A DNA stretch of 64,000 bases from Angustibacter luteus (GCF_039541115.1 NZ_BAABFP010000008.1:434001-498000); one strand, 5' to 3'. Positions 47,288 to 57,171 are shown, counted from the stretch's first letter. The notes: generated by a model from the sequence alone, not told the origin. Numbers and translations are program-made.

Positions 47288-48703
47288 GTGTCCACGCACC
47301 ACCCCCGTTCCACCGACCGTCCCCAGCTGCGTCAGCGTCCGGTGACCGTCTCCGCCGACAACGCCTTCTCCGCTCTCGGCCTGAACGACCGGCTGGTCGA
47401 GCGGATGGCCCGCGACGGCATCACCGAGCCGTTCCCGATCCAGTCCGCGACGATCCCGGACGCCCTGGCCGGACGCGACGTCCTCGGCCGCGGCCAGACC
47501 GGCTCCGGCAAGACCCTCGCCTTCGGGCTGCCGATGCTGGCCCGCCTCGAGGGCCGCAAGGCCAACGCCCGCAAGCCTCGCGCCGTCATCCTGGTGCCGA
47601 CCCGCGAGCTGGCCATGCAGGTGCACGACGCCCTGGAGCCGCTCGCCCACGTCATCGGCGTCCGGATCAAGCTGGTCGCCGGCGGCCTGCCGTACCACAA
47701 GCAGATCAGCGCGCTCGAGCGCGGCGTCGAGGTCCTCGTCGCCACCCCGGGCCGGCTGACCGACCTGGTCGACCGCGGCTCGTGCGACCTGTCCGAGGTC
47801 GAGGTCGCCGTCCTCGACGAGGCCGACCACATGTGCGACATGGGCTTCCTGCCCGCCGTCACCGAGCTGCTCGACCACACGCCCAAGGGCGGCCAGCGGC
47901 TGCTGTTCTCGGCGACGCTCGACGGGGACGTCGACAAGCTGGTCCGCGGCTACCTCACCGACCCGGTGACCCACTCCACCAGCGACGCCACCGCGTCCGT
48001 CACCACCATGGAGCACCACGTGTGGCTGGTGAAGCCGGCGCACAAGGCCCCGGTGACCGCCGCGCTCGCGTCCCGCGAGGGCCGCACCGTCGTCTTCGTC
48101 CGCACCAAGCTCGGCGCCGACCGCATCGCGCTGCAGCTGCGCGAGCAGGGCGTGCGCGCCGCGGCGCTGCACGGCGGCCTCGCCCAGGGCGCCCGCAACC
48201 GCACGCTCGCCGCGTTCAAGGACGGGCACGTCCCGGTGCTGGTCGCGACCGACGTCGCGGCCCGCGGGATCCACGTGGACGACGTCAGCCTCGTCGTCCA
48301 GGTCGACCCGCCCGCCGACCACAAGGACTACCTGCACCGCTCCGGTCGCACGGCCCGCGCGGGTGGCACCGGCACCGTCATCACCCTCGCCCTGCCGCAC
48401 CAGCGCCGGATGGTCGACCGGCTGACCGCCGCTGCGGGCGTCGACGCAACGCCCGAGCAGGTCTCGCCGCACGACGACGCACTGCTGCAGGTCACCCGCG
48501 GTGCCGTGCCCAGCGGTGTCGTGGTCGCCGAGCGCGACCTGTTCCCGCCGCGGCGCGCCGATCGCACGGACCGCCCCCGCCGCAGCGGTGGCTATGCCGG
48601 ACGTCGCGAGGGTGGCCCGCGTCAGGGTGGCCCGCGTCGTGAGGGCGGGTACGCCGGACGTCGTGACGGCGCCGCGCCGCGCGGTCCGCGCCAGCCGCGC
48701 TGA
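47288..48703 (+). CDS. DEAD-box RNA helicase
   Basis: PFPIQ, GQTGSGKT, PTRELA, TPGR, DEAD, SAT, ARGIH, HRSGRTAR; Arg/Gly-rich tail; start approximate. Confidence 0.95.
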   Translation: MSTHHPRSTDRPQLRQRPVTVSADNAFSALGLNDRLVERMARDGITEPFPIQSATIPDALAGRDVLGRGQTGSGKTLAFGLPMLARLEGRKANARKPRAVILVPTRELAMQVHDALEPLAHVIGVRIKLVAGGLPYHKQISALERGVEVLVATPGRLTDLVDRGSCDLSEVEVAVLDEADHMCDMGFLPAVTELLDHTPKGGQRLLFSATLDGDVDKLVRGYLTDPVTHSTSDATASVTTMEHHVWLVKPAHKAPVTAALASREGRTVVFVRTKLGADRIALQLREQGVRAAALHGGLAQGARNRTLAAFKDGHVPVLVATDVAARGIHVDDVSLVVQVDPPADHKDYLHRSGRTARAGGTGTVITLALPHQRRMVDRLTAAAGVDATPEQVSPHDDALLQVTRGAVPSGVVVAERDLFPPRRADRTDRPRRSGGYAGRREGGPRQGGPRREGGYAGRRDGAAPRGPRQPR

Positions 48704-48845
48704 CCCCCACCCCCCGGTGATCATGCACGTTCGCCCACCCCACCACCCGTGATCATGCACGTTCGCCCCGCCTCCGCCCCCGGACGCGGGGCGAACGTGC
48801 ATGATCACCGCGGGGGGTGGGTGTGGGGGGTGAGGGCTGGGGGCT
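48704..48845. repeat. REP-like cluster (copies B, C and inverted D), probable bidirectional terminator
   Basis: 20-mer at 48717-36, 48749-68 and inverted at 48789-808; C/D form a 23-bp perfect stem between convergent genes. Confidence 0.9.
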
Positions 48846-48846
48846 T

Positions 48847-51207
48847 TCAGGAGGCGGGGGCGCCTCGGCGGTTCTCGCCCCAGGTCAGCAGGGGCACCTG
48901 CTCGACGGACGGCCGGCCGAACAGCCAGCCCTGCGCGTAGTCGCAGCCCATGTCCCGCAACAGGTCCGCCTGGGTCTGGCACTCCACGCCCTCGGCGGTG
49001 ACCGAGTACCCGTGGGCGTGCGCGAGCTGGACGATGGCGCGCACGATCGCGCTCGGCCGCGGCGACCCGTCCAGCCGGCTGACGAACGCGCGGTCGATCT
49101 TGATGAACGAGACGGGCAGGTCCTGCAGGTACGCGAGCGCCGAGTAGCCCGTACCGAAGTCGTCGATGCCGGTGCGGACGCCGACCGCGGCCAGCCGGTG
49201 CATCGCGTCCTGGGCCGCTGAACCGCCGGGCACCAGGCTGGTCTCGGTCAGCTCGAGCTGCAGGGACGTCGGCGCCACGCCGTACTGGTCCAGCAGCTGG
49301 TGCACGTGCTCCTCGAAGCCCGGCTGCCCCAGTGTCCGCGCGGACACGTTCACCTGCACCGTCAGGTCCAGCCCGGCGGCGCCCCACTCGGCGAGCTTGG
49401 TGACGCCCTGCTCGAGCATGTAGCGGTCCAGCTCGACGATCAGGCCGGTGTCCTCCGCGACGTCGATGAAGCCCTCGGGCAGCAACAGCTGGCCGTCGTC
49501 GTCCCGCAGCCGCATCAGCGCCTCGACGCCGATGACCTTCTCGCCGTCCAGGCCGACGATCGGCTGGTACACCGCGAGCAGCCGGTCCCGCTCGATCGCC
49601 ACCCGCAGCCGCCGTTCGGCGAGCATCCGCGACTCGGCCTCGGCCCGCAGCGCCCCGTCGTACAGGGCGACCCGGTCCCGGCCGACGCTCTTGGCCCGGT
49701 ACATCGCGAGGTCGGCCTCGCGGAACAGCTCGCTGCCCGACCGGCCGGAGTGCGAGGCGACCGAGACGCCGATGCTGCCGGTGCAGACCAGGTCCAGCCC
49801 GTCGATCTCGAGGGGCTGACGCACCTCCTCCAGCAACCACCGGGCGACGTCGCAGGCCGCCTCGACGCCGGCGACCCAGGGCAGCAGCACCACGAACTCG
49901 TCCCCACCGAGGCGGGCCACCGTGGGCGAGCAGTCGCTGACGTCGTGCAGCTCGAGCGCCGCGGTGAGCCGTTGCGCGACCGCCACCAGCAGGGCGTCGC
50001 CCACGGTGTGGCCGAGCGTGTCGTTGACCAGCTTGAACCGGTCGAGGTCGAGCAGCAGGACGGCGGTCAGCGGCCCCAGGTCGTCGGGCAGCTCGGACGC
50101 GGCGTCGGCGTCCCCCGGGTCGAACACGTCGTTCGGGTCCGGCAGCGTCGCGATGCTGCGGCGCAACAGGTCGTCCAGCACGCTGCGGTTGGCCAGACCG
50201 GTGAGCCCGTCCCGCGCGGCCAGCCGCGCCAGCTCACGCTCGGCGCCACGCTGGCTGGTGACGTCGACCGTCGCACCGAAGACGCAGGTGACGACGTCGC
50301 CCTCCACGATCGCCCGCGACCAGGCGACCAGCTCGCGCCAGGTGCCGTCGGGGTGGCGCAGCCGCAACGTCTCGAGCAGCCCGTCCTCGCGGTCGGCGAC
50401 GTCCGCGGCGAGGTCCTCGTGCCGGCGGTCCTCGGGGTGCAGCAAGGACTCCCACAGCGACATCGAGGGGCGGGTGGTCCGCGGGTCCAGTCCGCACAGC
50501 TCGAACATCTCCGGCGACCACTGCAGGTCGTTCGTCAGGACGTCCCAGCGCCACTGCCCGGCGCCGGTCAGGGTGGACGTCGCGGACAGCCGCAGCCGCT
50601 CACCCGCCAGGTCCGTCTCGATCCGGGAGCCGACCATGGCCGGCGCGGCCGAGAAGGCGAGCACCGACAGGACGTCGCAGTCCTCCTGGCTCACCGCGTG
50701 CACGGTCGGGGCGAGCGCGACCAGCACGCCGAGCGACACCGCGCCGTAGCGCAGTGGCGCCAGGGCCGCGGACCGGATGCCCAGCATCGCGAACAGCTCC
50801 GGCGCCAGGGTCGACTCGCCGCGGGTGTCCTGGCACAGGACCGGCTCGCCGGAGCGCAGGCACCGCTCGGTCAGCGTGCCCAGCACCTCGAACCGCCGAC
50901 CGACGCGCATGCCCGGCGGGAGGTCGCCGGCCGCCGCCGCGATCCGCAGGCCGCCCTCGTCCAGCAACGGCACCAGGACCGCGCAGCCCAGGATCCGGTG
51001 CGCCTCCTGCGCCAGCGCCGCCGCCATGTCCGCGACACCGGGACCAGAGCGCGCGATGTGCTGCTGCGCCTCGACGACGGCCTTCAGCCAGGTGGGAGGC
51101 TGCGGGTCCGAGGCCGCGTCGGCGCCCGCGATCGACTGCTCCCGGAGGGCATCTCGCCACCCGTCGACCATGGGCGCCCCTCCTGTCCCAGACCACGTGA
51201 GGCTCAT
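48847..51207 (-). CDS. GAF-PAS-GGDEF-EAL diguanylate cyclase/phosphodiesterase
   Basis: DGLTGLANR, DLDRFKLVND, RLGGDEF, YQP, EALMR, DDFGTGYS, KIDR, AEGVE, QGW. Confidence 0.93.
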   Translation of the reverse strand: MSLTWSGTGGAPMVDGWRDALREQSIAGADAASDPQPPTWLKAVVEAQQHIARSGPGVADMAAALAQEAHRILGCAVLVPLLDEGGLRIAAAAGDLPPGMRVGRRFEVLGTLTERCLRSGEPVLCQDTRGESTLAPELFAMLGIRSAALAPLRYGAVSLGVLVALAPTVHAVSQEDCDVLSVLAFSAAPAMVGSRIETDLAGERLRLSATSTLTGAGQWRWDVLTNDLQWSPEMFELCGLDPRTTRPSMSLWESLLHPEDRRHEDLAADVADREDGLLETLRLRHPDGTWRELVAWSRAIVEGDVVTCVFGATVDVTSQRGAERELARLAARDGLTGLANRSVLDDLLRRSIATLPDPNDVFDPGDADAASELPDDLGPLTAVLLLDLDRFKLVNDTLGHTVGDALLVAVAQRLTAALELHDVSDCSPTVARLGGDEFVVLLPWVAGVEAACDVARWLLEEVRQPLEIDGLDLVCTGSIGVSVASHSGRSGSELFREADLAMYRAKSVGRDRVALYDGALRAEAESRMLAERRLRVAIERDRLLAVYQPIVGLDGEKVIGVEALMRLRDDDGQLLLPEGFIDVAEDTGLIVELDRYMLEQGVTKLAEWGAAGLDLTVQVNVSARTLGQPGFEEHVHQLLDQYGVAPTSLQLELTETSLVPGGSAAQDAMHRLAAVGVRTGIDDFGTGYSALAYLQDLPVSFIKIDRAFVSRLDGSPRPSAIVRAIVQLAHAHGYSVTAEGVECQTQADLLRDMGCDYAQGWLFGRPSVEQVPLLTWGENRRGAPAS

Positions 51208-51281
51208 CGTGGCACGGGCTCAGGGGCGGTGTGTGGCTTTCGGCTATACGCCATGCGGGTGAATGAGAGCGCGCTCTGCAA

Positions 51282-51977
51282 TCAGATGTGGATCCCGCAC
51301 TCCACCTTGTCGGTGCCCGCCCAGCGGCCGGACCGCGCGTCCTCGCCGGGGGCCACGAGCCGGGTGCACGGCTGGCAGCCGATCGAGGCGTAGCCCTGCA
51401 GCACCAACGCGTTGCGCAGCAGGCCGTGCTCGACCTGGTAGCTCTCGACGTCCTCGTCGGTCCAGGTGGCCAGCGGGGCGACCTTGAGCATGTCGTGCTT
51501 GTCGTCCCAGGACAGCACCGGTGTGCCGGCCCGGGTCGGCGACTCGTCCCGGCGCAGGCCGGTCACCCACGCGTCGTAGGGTTCCAGCGCCTCGGCCAGC
51601 GGCGCGACCTTGCGCAGGAAGCAGCACAGCCCGGGGTCGCGGTCGTGCAGCTTCGCGCCGTACTCGGCGTCCTGCTCTGCGACGGTCTGCTTGGGCAACA
51701 CGTCGATGACCGTGACGTCCAGCTGGCCCTGCACCCGGCCGCGCATGCGCAGCGTCTCGGCGAAGTGGTAGCCGGTGTCCAGGAACAGCACGTCCACCCC
51801 GGGCCGCACCTGCGAGACCAGGTGCGAGGTCACCGAGTCCTGCATGCTCCCGGCCACCGCCAGGTTGCCCCCGGTCGCCTCGACCGCCCAGCGGACGATC
51901 TCGAGCGCCGGGGCGCCGTCCAGCTCCTTGGCGGCCTCGGCCACCCGCTCGCGCAGTGGTGCCGTGATGGTGCTCAT
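51282..51977 (-). CDS. cysH: APS/PAPS reductase (Fe-S type)
   Basis: LDTGYHF, CCFLRKV, TGLRRDES, SIGCQPCT, ECGIH. Confidence 0.93.
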   Translation of the reverse strand: MSTITAPLRERVAEAAKELDGAPALEIVRWAVEATGGNLAVAGSMQDSVTSHLVSQVRPGVDVLFLDTGYHFAETLRMRGRVQGQLDVTVIDVLPKQTVAEQDAEYGAKLHDRDPGLCCFLRKVAPLAEALEPYDAWVTGLRRDESPTRAGTPVLSWDDKHDMLKVAPLATWTDEDVESYQVEHGLLRNALVLQGYASIGCQPCTRLVAPGEDARSGRWAGTDKVECGIHI

Positions 51978-53662
51978 GACAACGCCTCCTCCGGCGCGCG
52001 AACGGCCCAGGTGGCGAACCGCTCCCCGCCGGCGCGCTCGGCGAGGTAGCGGCGGACGACGCGCTCGACGTAGTCCGGCAGCTCCTCGGCGGTGACCTTG
52101 AGCCCGCGGACCTTGCGGCCGAAACCGGGGTCGAGCCCGAGCGCGCCGCCCAGGTGCACCTGGAAGCCGGGCACCTGCTCGCCGTCGTCGTCCGTGACGA
52201 TCTGGCCCTTCAGCCCGATGTCGGCGACCTGGATGCGGGCGCACGAGTTCGGGCACCCGTTGACGTTCACCGTGATCGGGCCGTCCAGCTGCTCCGCGAC
52301 GTCCGCGAGGCGGGTCTCCAGCTCGCCGATGGTCGCCGTCGCCAGGCCCTTGGTCTCGACGATCGCCAGCTTGCAGTACTCGATGCCGGTGCAGGCCATG
52401 GTGTGCCGGCGGAACAGGCTCGGCCGCGCGTCCAGCCCGAGCTCGCCGAGGCCCTCGACGACGGCCTCGACCGCGTCGGACGGCACGTCCAGGACCAGCA
52501 GCTTCTGGTGCGGCGTCAGCCGGATCCGCTGCGAGCCGTGGGACTCGACCAGATCGGCCAGCTGCGTCAGCGTCTCACCCGAGACCCGTCCGACGTGCGG
52601 CGCGGCACCGATGTAGTGCAGTCCGTCGCGCTGCGCGTGCACACCGATGTGGTCGCCCGGGTCGGCGGTCGGCTCGGGCGCCGGGCCGTCCAGCAGCGCC
52701 CGACCCAGGTACTCGGTCTCCAGCACCTCGCGGAACCGCTCCGGGCCCCAGTCCGCCAGCAGGAACTTGAGCCGCGCCTTGTGCCGCATCTTGCGGTAGC
52801 CGTAGTCGCGGAACACCGAGGTGACTCCCGCCCACACGTCGGGGACGTCGTCCAGCGGGACGAAGGCCCCGAGCCGGACGGCGAGCCGCGGGTTCGTCGA
52901 CAGGCCGCCACCGACCCACAGGTCGAAGCCCGGCCCGTGCTCGGGGTGGACGACCGCGGTGAACGCGATGTCGTTGATCTCGTGCACGACGTCGTTGGTC
53001 GCCATGCCGGTGATCGCGGACTTGTACTTGCGCGGCAGGTTGCTGAACGCCGGGTCGCCGACGTACCGGCGCTGGATCTCCTCGATCGCCGGCGTCGGGT
53101 CGATGATCTCGTCGGCGGCGATACCGGCCACCGGACTGCCCAGGATCACCCGCGGGCAGTCGCCGCAGGCCTCGGTGGTCAGCAGACCGACACCCTCGAG
53201 CCGCTCCCAGATGGCCGGCATGTCCTCGACCCGGATCCAGTGCAGCTGGATGTTCTGCCGGTCGGTGAGGTCGGCGGTGCCGCGGCCGTACCGGACGGAC
53301 ACCTCGCCGATCGTGCGCAGCTGCTCGGTGGTCAGCGCGCCACCGTCCACCCGCACGCGGAGCATGAAGTACTTGTCCTCGAGCTCCTCAGGCTCCATGG
53401 ATCCGGTGCGGCCGCCGTCGATGCCGGGCTTGCGCTGGGTGTAGAGCCCCCACCAGCGGAACCGGCCGTGCAGGTCGTCCGAGGTGATGGCGTCGAAGCC
53501 CTCGACCGCGTAGACCTGCTCGATCCGGGCGCGGACGTTGAGCGCGTCGTCCTCCTGCTTGAAGCGCTCGTTGGCGTTCAGCGGGGTGCGGTCACCGAGA
53601 GCCCACTGCCCTTGGGGCGCAGGCGGTCGGCCGGCGCGGGAGGTGGGGATCGTCGCAGTCAT
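51974..53662 (-). CDS. sirA: Ferredoxin-dependent sulfite reductase (siroheme)
   Basis: WWGLYTQR, TDRQNIQLH, CGDCPR, LPRKYK, CTGIEYC, NGCPNSC; coupled to cysH. Confidence 0.92.
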   Translation of the reverse strand: MTATIPTSRAGRPPAPQGQWALGDRTPLNANERFKQEDDALNVRARIEQVYAVEGFDAITSDDLHGRFRWWGLYTQRKPGIDGGRTGSMEPEELEDKYFMLRVRVDGGALTTEQLRTIGEVSVRYGRGTADLTDRQNIQLHWIRVEDMPAIWERLEGVGLLTTEACGDCPRVILGSPVAGIAADEIIDPTPAIEEIQRRYVGDPAFSNLPRKYKSAITGMATNDVVHEINDIAFTAVVHPEHGPGFDLWVGGGLSTNPRLAVRLGAFVPLDDVPDVWAGVTSVFRDYGYRKMRHKARLKFLLADWGPERFREVLETEYLGRALLDGPAPEPTADPGDHIGVHAQRDGLHYIGAAPHVGRVSGETLTQLADLVESHGSQRIRLTPHQKLLVLDVPSDAVEAVVEGLGELGLDARPSLFRRHTMACTGIEYCKLAIVETKGLATATIGELETRLADVAEQLDGPITVNVNGCPNSCARIQVADIGLKGQIVTDDDGEQVPGFQVHLGGALGLDPGFGRKVRGLKVTAEELPDYVERVVRRYLAERAGGERFATWAVRAPEEALS

Positions 53663-53764
53663 GAGGGTCCTCGTCGAGGTGGTGGCACGCAGACGAGGGA
53701 GCCCAGCTCTGGGTCGAGGGCACGGTCGCCGCGCGCGGGGTGACGACGTCGTCGTCCGGGCGGG

Positions 53765-53845
53765 TCAGCAGCCGCGACAGATCATGCTGCGCGTACGACC
53801 GAGGTCGACGTGGCGTCGACTCACGAGGTACGGCTGCGCAGGCAT
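53765..53845 (-). CDS. Putative Cys-containing leader peptide (26 aa)
   Basis: MPAQPYLVSRRHVDLGRTRSMICRGC, stop ~100 bp before sirA; RRHVDL...C pattern; GACCAT -10-like 6 nt before in-frame GTG 53848. Confidence 0.72.
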   Translation of the reverse strand: MPAQPYLVSRRHVDLGRTRSMICRGC

Positions 53846-53988
53846 CACCCGTCCATGGTCGCACAGCGTCCACCCCTTGGCACAGTCTCTCAGGATGTGG
53901 ACAACCGGGACGGCCTCCGCTAGGCGCTTGTGCTCAACCCCGCCCCGGACGTGTCGATATGTCACGTGAGGAAGAGAGAGGCACGAGC

Positions 53989-55554
53989 ATGATGGACGAC
54001 GTCTCCGCGGTGGCAGCCCGGCTGCTGGAACGCGGCCAGTCGGGTGAGCACGCCGAGGTGGTGGCGGAGTCGGAGCGGCTCCTGCGCGAGCCCACCGGCG
54101 ACCTCGTCGACGGTCCCGCCGGTCTGCACTTCGCGCGCGCCGTGGCCTACATGAGCGGCGGGGACGAGCACGCGGCGCTGGCCGCCGCCGAGCTGATGAT
54201 CAAGGCGGCGGAGCGCGAGGAGAGCGCGGGCTGGCTGTCCTGCGGGTTGTCCCTGCGCGCCGTCCTGCGGGTCGAGATGGGCGAGCAGGACGTCGCCGAG
54301 CACGACCTCGAGACGGTGCTGCGCGACCTGGTCGACGCCGAGGACGCGCTGCTGCGTGGCGTCGAGGACCCGTGGCTGGCCAGCAACGCGCACACCGGCA
54401 TCGCCCTGCCGTTCCACAGCCTCCGCCTGTACGAGCTCGCGCTGCCGCACTACACCGCGGCGTACGAGGCCAGCACCCGTGGCTCGACCGAGACCGGAGC
54501 GCCCGCGATGTGGCTGCTCAACCTCGCCGAGGTCGAGCTCGACTGGGCGCTGGAGCTCTACCGCGTCGAGCTGGTGGCCGACGCGGAGAAGCACAGCCGG
54601 GACGCGCTGGAGTACGCCGTCCGCGCCGGGCAGGCCGCCGCCGGACCGGACGCCGAGCGCTGGCGCACCAGCGCGGGCATCCAGGAGTGCTGCGCCCGGA
54701 TCAGCTGCGGCGAGGACGAGCCCGCACTGGGCGAGATCCTCACGCGGCGGGAACGGGCCAAGGTCCGCGGAGCGACCGCCGACCTGCACTGGTCCGCGCC
54801 GTTCGTCGCGGTCGCGCTGGGCCGGGTCGGCCGCAGCGAGGAGGCCCTGGACCTGCTGCGCGAGACCCTGGCCGAGGCGAACGCGCGGGCGGCCTGGATC
54901 CAGCTCGCCGCGCTGCAGCACACCCGGGCCTACCTGCTCGCCGAGGCCGGGCTGCCCGGGACGGCCGAGACCCTGGAGTACGGCCAGACGCTGGCGCACG
55001 CGTTGTGGCGGCAGCGGCTGCGCACCCTGCACGTGGCCGAGACCATGCGCTCCTTCGACACGCTCCGGCACGCGCACGACCAGGCCGCCCGTTCCGCCCT
55101 GGTCGACCCGCTCACCGGCATCGCGAACCGGCGGGCCTTCGACGACGCCGTCGCCTCCCACGCCGCGCTCGAGCCGCGACGCCCGGTGGCCGCGCTCGTG
55201 ATCGACCTCGACCGGTTCAAGGACGTCAACGACACCCACGGGCACGACGCCGGGGATGCGCTGCTGCGCACCGTCGCCGGCGCGCTCAGCGCCAGCGTGC
55301 GCGAGGGCGACCTCGTCGCCCGGCTGGGCGGCGACGAGTTCGCGGCGTTGCTGCCCGGCGCGGACGCCGTTGCGGCACAGCGGGTCGCGCAGCGCATGGT
55401 CGACGCCGTCGACGCCCTGCCGGACAGCCCGGCGACCGCCAGCATCGGCGTCTGCTCGACACCGGCGGCCGCCCTGCCCGGTGCGATCACCCGCGCGGAC
55501 CAGGCCATGTACGCCGCCAAGCGAGCCGGCGGCAACCGGGTCACCGCGGGCTAG
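53989..55554 (+). CDS. Diguanylate cyclase with TPR-like N-terminus
   Basis: DPLTGIANRR, DLDRFKDVND, RLGGDEF, ADQAMYAAK. Confidence 0.9.
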   Translation: MMDDVSAVAARLLERGQSGEHAEVVAESERLLREPTGDLVDGPAGLHFARAVAYMSGGDEHAALAAAELMIKAAEREESAGWLSCGLSLRAVLRVEMGEQDVAEHDLETVLRDLVDAEDALLRGVEDPWLASNAHTGIALPFHSLRLYELALPHYTAAYEASTRGSTETGAPAMWLLNLAEVELDWALELYRVELVADAEKHSRDALEYAVRAGQAAAGPDAERWRTSAGIQECCARISCGEDEPALGEILTRRERAKVRGATADLHWSAPFVAVALGRVGRSEEALDLLRETLAEANARAAWIQLAALQHTRAYLLAEAGLPGTAETLEYGQTLAHALWRQRLRTLHVAETMRSFDTLRHAHDQAARSALVDPLTGIANRRAFDDAVASHAALEPRRPVAALVIDLDRFKDVNDTHGHDAGDALLRTVAGALSASVREGDLVARLGGDEFAALLPGADAVAAQRVAQRMVDAVDALPDSPATASIGVCSTPAAALPGAITRADQAMYAAKRAGGNRVTAG

Positions 55555-57049
55555 CGCCCAGCCTCGTCGCCGCGGCGACGACGTCCACCAGGCCGGCGCC
55601 CTTGTCGAACGAGCTCTGGTAGCCAGCGACGGCCTGGTACGGCGCACCGTCGGAGTAGCGGTGCGCGGTGGCCTTCAGCGCGTCCTCGATTTCGGCCGGC
55701 GTCGCGGTCGGGTCGGCCTGGAACAGCTGGGCCACGATGCCCGCGATGTGCGGCGCGGCCATCGACGTCCCGCTGATGGTGTTGAAGGTGCCGACGTCCA
55801 GCGGTCCGGGGCCGTTGACCGGGTCCAGTCCCGTCGAGCAGATCGGCAGGTATGGCCGGCAGGACGAGGTGATGTTCTCGCCCGGAGCAGAGACGTCCGG
55901 CCAGGTCGAGGTCTGGGCCGCGGCACCGCGCGAGCTGTAGTCGCTGACCGTGCCCTCGCGGGTGCCGGTGTTCTGGTCGTTGTAGGACGCCACGGAGACG
56001 ATGCCACCGGTCGGGTCCTGGCCGGGCGGGTTGGTCAGGGACGTCGTCCCGTCACCACCGTCGTTGCCCGCGGCCCACACCGTCACCACGCCCTCGGCCG
56101 CCAGCGCGCGCTGCAGCTTCACGGTCGCCGAGTTCGGGTCGAACGCACCGCCGCCGGTCGGTCCGTACGAGTTGTTGGTCACCTTGATCGGCGGGCAGGT
56201 GGTGGCTGGAACGCCTGCGCCGCAAGGGTGTTCGTGGTTCTCCAACACCCAGTTGAGGGCCGAGTCAGCTCCGACGATGAGCAGCACGGCGCCGGTGGAG
56301 ATGTCGACGAGCTTCGCGCCGGGCGCCGCGCCCTGCAGCCGGCGGCCGTCGGTCGTGGTGGTCGGCCTTCCGGCGACGATGCCGTTGACGTGCGTGCCGT
56401 GGCCACCACCGGACAGCGTGTCGGTGTCCACCGCCGTCGGGACGTCGAGGATGCAGCTCGTGCTCTGGGTGGACTCGTCGAGGCAGACCGACTTCAGGCT
56501 GCGCACCACCGCCGTACCGCCGCTCGGCTCCTGCAGGAACGGGTGCGTCGGGTCGACGCCCGAGTCGATCACGGCGACGCTGACCCCGCGGCCGTCCAGC
56601 GCGCTGCCGTTGGCCCCGTTCAGCGTCTGCACCGCCTCCGCTCCGCGGGTGGCCTGGTGCGAGTGGTCCAGGGAGAACGCGATCGGCTGGTCACCCTCGA
56701 CGTAGGTGACGCCCGGCCGGCTGCGCACGGCCGTGATCTGGCTGGTCGTGCCCCGCGCGACCGCGACGCCGATCTTGTCGAAGGTGGTGACCAGGTGCAG
56801 CCCGGACGCCGACACCGCCTGGCGGGCGGCTGCGACGTCCGTGCCGTGCACGAGCACCGACTGCGGCAGGGTCGCCGACACGGTCGTCAGCTGGTGGGCC
56901 AGCCACGGCTGCAGCGGCGCGGGCGTGCTGGCCGCGCCAGCCGGGGCCGCGCTCAGCCCGAGGGGCACCAGCGCGGCGGCCAGCAGGAGCGTCCCGGTGC
57001 GGGTCCGTCGTCCGGTGGGTCCGTGTGCTGTTCGGTTGCTCGTCCTCAC
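55541..57049 (-). CDS. Secreted subtilisin-like serine protease (S8)
   Basis: Signal peptide; VAVIDSG, HGTHV, WAAGN, SGTSMAAPH. Confidence 0.93.
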   Translation of the reverse strand: MRTSNRTAHGPTGRRTRTGTLLLAAALVPLGLSAAPAGAASTPAPLQPWLAHQLTTVSATLPQSVLVHGTDVAAARQAVSASGLHLVTTFDKIGVAVARGTTSQITAVRSRPGVTYVEGDQPIAFSLDHSHQATRGAEAVQTLNGANGSALDGRGVSVAVIDSGVDPTHPFLQEPSGGTAVVRSLKSVCLDESTQSTSCILDVPTAVDTDTLSGGGHGTHVNGIVAGRPTTTTDGRRLQGAAPGAKLVDISTGAVLLIVGADSALNWVLENHEHPCGAGVPATTCPPIKVTNNSYGPTGGGAFDPNSATVKLQRALAAEGVVTVWAAGNDGGDGTTSLTNPPGQDPTGGIVSVASYNDQNTGTREGTVSDYSSRGAAAQTSTWPDVSAPGENITSSCRPYLPICSTGLDPVNGPGPLDVGTFNTISGTSMAAPHIAGIVAQLFQADPTATPAEIEDALKATAHRYSDGAPYQAVAGYQSSFDKGAGLVDVVAAATRLGASPR

Positions 57050-57132
57050 GACCGTCCTCCAGCTCTCGCCCCGGCCCGTGCCGGGCTGCGTCTGGACGGT
57101 TCAACGAGCGCAGGTGACGAAGGTCACGAATC

Positions 57133-57171
57133 GGGTGGGCGAACGTGCATGATCACCGCGGGGGGTGGGTG
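57133..57171 (-). repeat. GTGATCATGCACGTTCGCCC repeat, copy E
   Basis: Inverted 20-mer at 57137-57156; 35 nt identical to copy D. Confidence 0.9.

Noticed and set aside
48580..48670. Imperfect tandem repeats at the helicase 3' end
   Set aside because: In-frame Arg/Gly-rich tail usual for DEAD-box helicases
48812..48843. G-quadruplex-like G tracts
   Set aside because: Part of the repeat flank; no independent evidence of function
48704..48845. Repeat cluster as a CRISPR array
   Set aside because: Only two direct copies 12 nt apart plus an inverted copy; no spacer series and no cas genes
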